Of a DNA stretch of 64,000 bases, positions 61,484 to 64,000 are shown piece after piece (position 1 is the stretch's first letter; each line of letters opens with the position of its first letter). The notes under the pieces are model-generated. The model had not been told where the DNA came from. It did no database searches and saw nothing but the letters and a program-made list of their open reading frames with translations. The position numbers and the translations under genes were made by a program. The stretch is from Octopus bimaculoides (Eukaryota): assembly GCF_001194135.2 (NCBI RefSeq), contig NC_068984.1:49739009-49803008 (forward strand), in the 5' to 3' direction.

Positions 61484-64000
61484 TCCTAGAACATGTATTT
61501 ATCCAGTTCTATCTGTGTTTTCAGAGATAAAGCCAGGTCCCGGCGTGATCGCCTTAACCAGGTAATCATACCTGCACCTATGCCCTATTTGTCTCTGCAA
61601 ACAAATAGGTTATGGATACAGGTGTTATTGTCTGATTCAAAAGTACACTTCGCAACAACGCGGCTGCGAGTTGGATCCTATTTCACGGAAAATTGGGTAG
61701 CTTGTACCTTAGAATTTGATCGAGCTAACGAAGGAAAATCGAGGTGGTCTGTCTACCTGTTAGAAACAACCATAGAATTTCACTACGATGTGCAAGCTTC
61801 ATCGTACCGTAATGAACCTTGTTCCCTATGAGAAACACTGGACTAAACAACATGTAGATACTCAAGCAACATTTAGAAAGTTACTCTTGAAAAGCAGCAT
61901 TAATGTTATCAATTACACATTACTGTTTCAGCAGAAACTGGAGATCTTGTGACTATATAAAACAATTTAATCCCAGAATATATATATATATATTTGAAGT
62001 TACTTTGCTTGAATATAGCGTCTGCTCTTAGCAAAAACTCCGCTATTACGTATGATGGAAAAATATCTTTTTCAAAACCAATTATTTCCAACATAGAAAG
62101 TTTTTTTAAGAAAATGAAAGTGTTGATCTGACCCGGTTCAGGGGTGGAGAGACGAAGAAAAGCAGTCGAGGGAGTGTGGACAAAAGCAAAGAAAATAGGT
62201 TAGGGGTGGATATCAATTATGAAGTCTCCGCACCCAATATAAAGAAGGGTGTATCATATTCCTAATCTACCGACTATCAGCTATTAACCTCACCCTTCCC
62301 CATCACACTACCACAAAAATTATTATAACCAGTCATTCCTTCATAAAATGTGAATTATATTGTTACGGGCGTGTGTATATAGGTATTACGGAGAACTGCA
62401 TTATCTAACTGTCTTCTCTCTTCGGTCATTTCAAATAAAGTAGATTGCTACTTGCGGTAACTTGGATATTGTTAATAAGTAAAAGATTAAGCTCTCAGAG
62501 TAATTCTGTTGCAAACGTGGTCAAGTTTCACTTTCAACCTTCTAAGGTCCTTAAAATAAATAGCTGTAAAGTACTGGGTTCAATTTCAAAGATTTCACCA
62601 CCGAACACAGAATTCAGCGATAATGCAGTTCTCCGTAATACCTAAAACCTGCGAATGCAAGGGCTGGAATAGATAGATTTACTTAATCAGGGCTTATCCG
62701 GGGTTCGAAAAACAACTTGAATAATTCCACAGGGTATTTGATTCAACAAGTCCATCAATTTACTACAAAAGGCTTGTAATTTATTTAGTAATTTCGATAA
62801 GATGAAAAGCAAAGTCAACCCGGAGGAATTTCAGCTTAGAATTCAGTGAATCGGAACAAATGCGGAAAACATTTTTACCTGATGCACTAGTAGCAATGAA
62901 GTTCTTTTTGCGAGCAAGCAGGATGGATAGCAAGCTAGCTAAAGTTAAATGTTCGCGAGTGTCAGCAGAAATTGTACAGTGAGGATCGTGTGACACTTCC
63001 TATGTACGATGACTGATTCTTCAGTGCTGTCCCTTCGCCTGATAAAATAACAATCGAAAATTCTGATACGAAAATTTAGTCCCGAATCACCAGATCCATC
63101 TTCTTTCCATCATATATAAACCTAAACAAATTCATGATTTCTTTTTAAAAACCTCGCTCTAAAAATCGACATCCAATAATAAAGTAGACATTAATTACTG
63201 TATTAAGATAGAAACTAGTGATATCCGGGTTATTATAACTGATGCATTACAGCAGCTTGTAGTCATTAACAACGATGTTCCTGGTGTCACAGATGCAACC
63301 ACTGTTCCCACACCGAAACCATTGCTAATATTTCTACTGCTCATAATACTACTGCTATTGTCACCACTACAAACAGGCCACTTATTTCTAATTGTGTTTG
63401 TTGTCGCTGCAATTTACTACACAATAGCCAATTGACTTCCTTCCTCATTCGGTTTCTCTACCATTAATGAAATTATACACACACAGTTAATGAATGAGTT
63501 TGTTAACTTGCAAGACCGGATAAGAATGGCAGTTAAATATCTCAAATCACACCGTTTTTATCATTTTCATAAATTTGTCCTATACATTCACAGTTATTTT
63601 CAGATTTTTAGTTAGCACTTGTTTCAGATGTTCTGAGTGATATAGAGTTTTCCATTAAGTCACATATTAACCCTGGTGATTGTATAAAAAACTCGGGGTG
63701 TGTGTTGTATGCGATGCATGGATGCCAGGAAAATAAGCCTTGTGTATCACGTGATGCACTGGGCAGCCAAAGGGCTAAAACAACAAACAAGGACGAATAT
63801 ATTGTCCCAGACACTTTATCAAGGATAAAAAGAATTGAACGATACAACGATTCAGTGCTAATCTGGTTTTTAAATAGCATATTCCCCACGCCCCAAATAA
63901 CACAGTAACAAATATCTTGTGTTCGCTATTTGAAAAAAATATTACTGAACTCTAATTCATTGTAACTAAGTTTGGAGGAAGGAACAGTACATATATTTTC

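Noticed and set aside
61560-61600. GTGCAG|GTATG donor as the end of an SLCO exon
   Set aside because: The phase-0 frame has a TAG immediately upstream, and there is no OATP similarity.
62879-62938. Candidate upstream SLCO exon (AG..LACYPSCLLAKRTSLLLVHQ|GT on minus)
   Set aside because: The phase fits, but the peptide lacks the expected CG.G...P..LQ motif and overlaps old SINE-like sequence.

Overview
AT-rich animal genomic DNA with about 11 assembly gaps (N runs) and dense microsatellites. The SINE, LINE and MITE repertoire resembles what I recall from octopod cephalopods (Octopus-like); this is inference from repeat families, not a database result. The only well-supported host coding feature is one internal, minus-strand exon (9168-9633) of an organic anion transporter (SLCO/OATP, SLCO4A1-like) with canonical AG/GT splice sites. 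I could not recognise its neighbouring exons, so most of the window is probably intron or flank. The rest comprises three tRNA-derived SINE families (called A, B and C here), fragments of CR1-like, RTE and CRE-like LINEs, Tc1/mariner and hAT non-autonomous elements, and several hairpins or palindromes. I found no clearly novel multi-gene system. The best leads are structural: a 70-nt near-perfect hairpin (39871-39940); an inverted pair of hammerhead-core-like (Penelope-type) motifs (10746-11011); inverted young SINE copies that could form dsRNA editing substrates (11.2-18 kb); a SINE sharing its 3' tail with a co-resident LINE; an ~80-bp direct repeat flanking a SINE; and a Tc1/mariner derivative whose 5' end is duplicated as a 210-bp inverted repeat. 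Coordinates of old repeats are approximate (about +/-10-20 bp).
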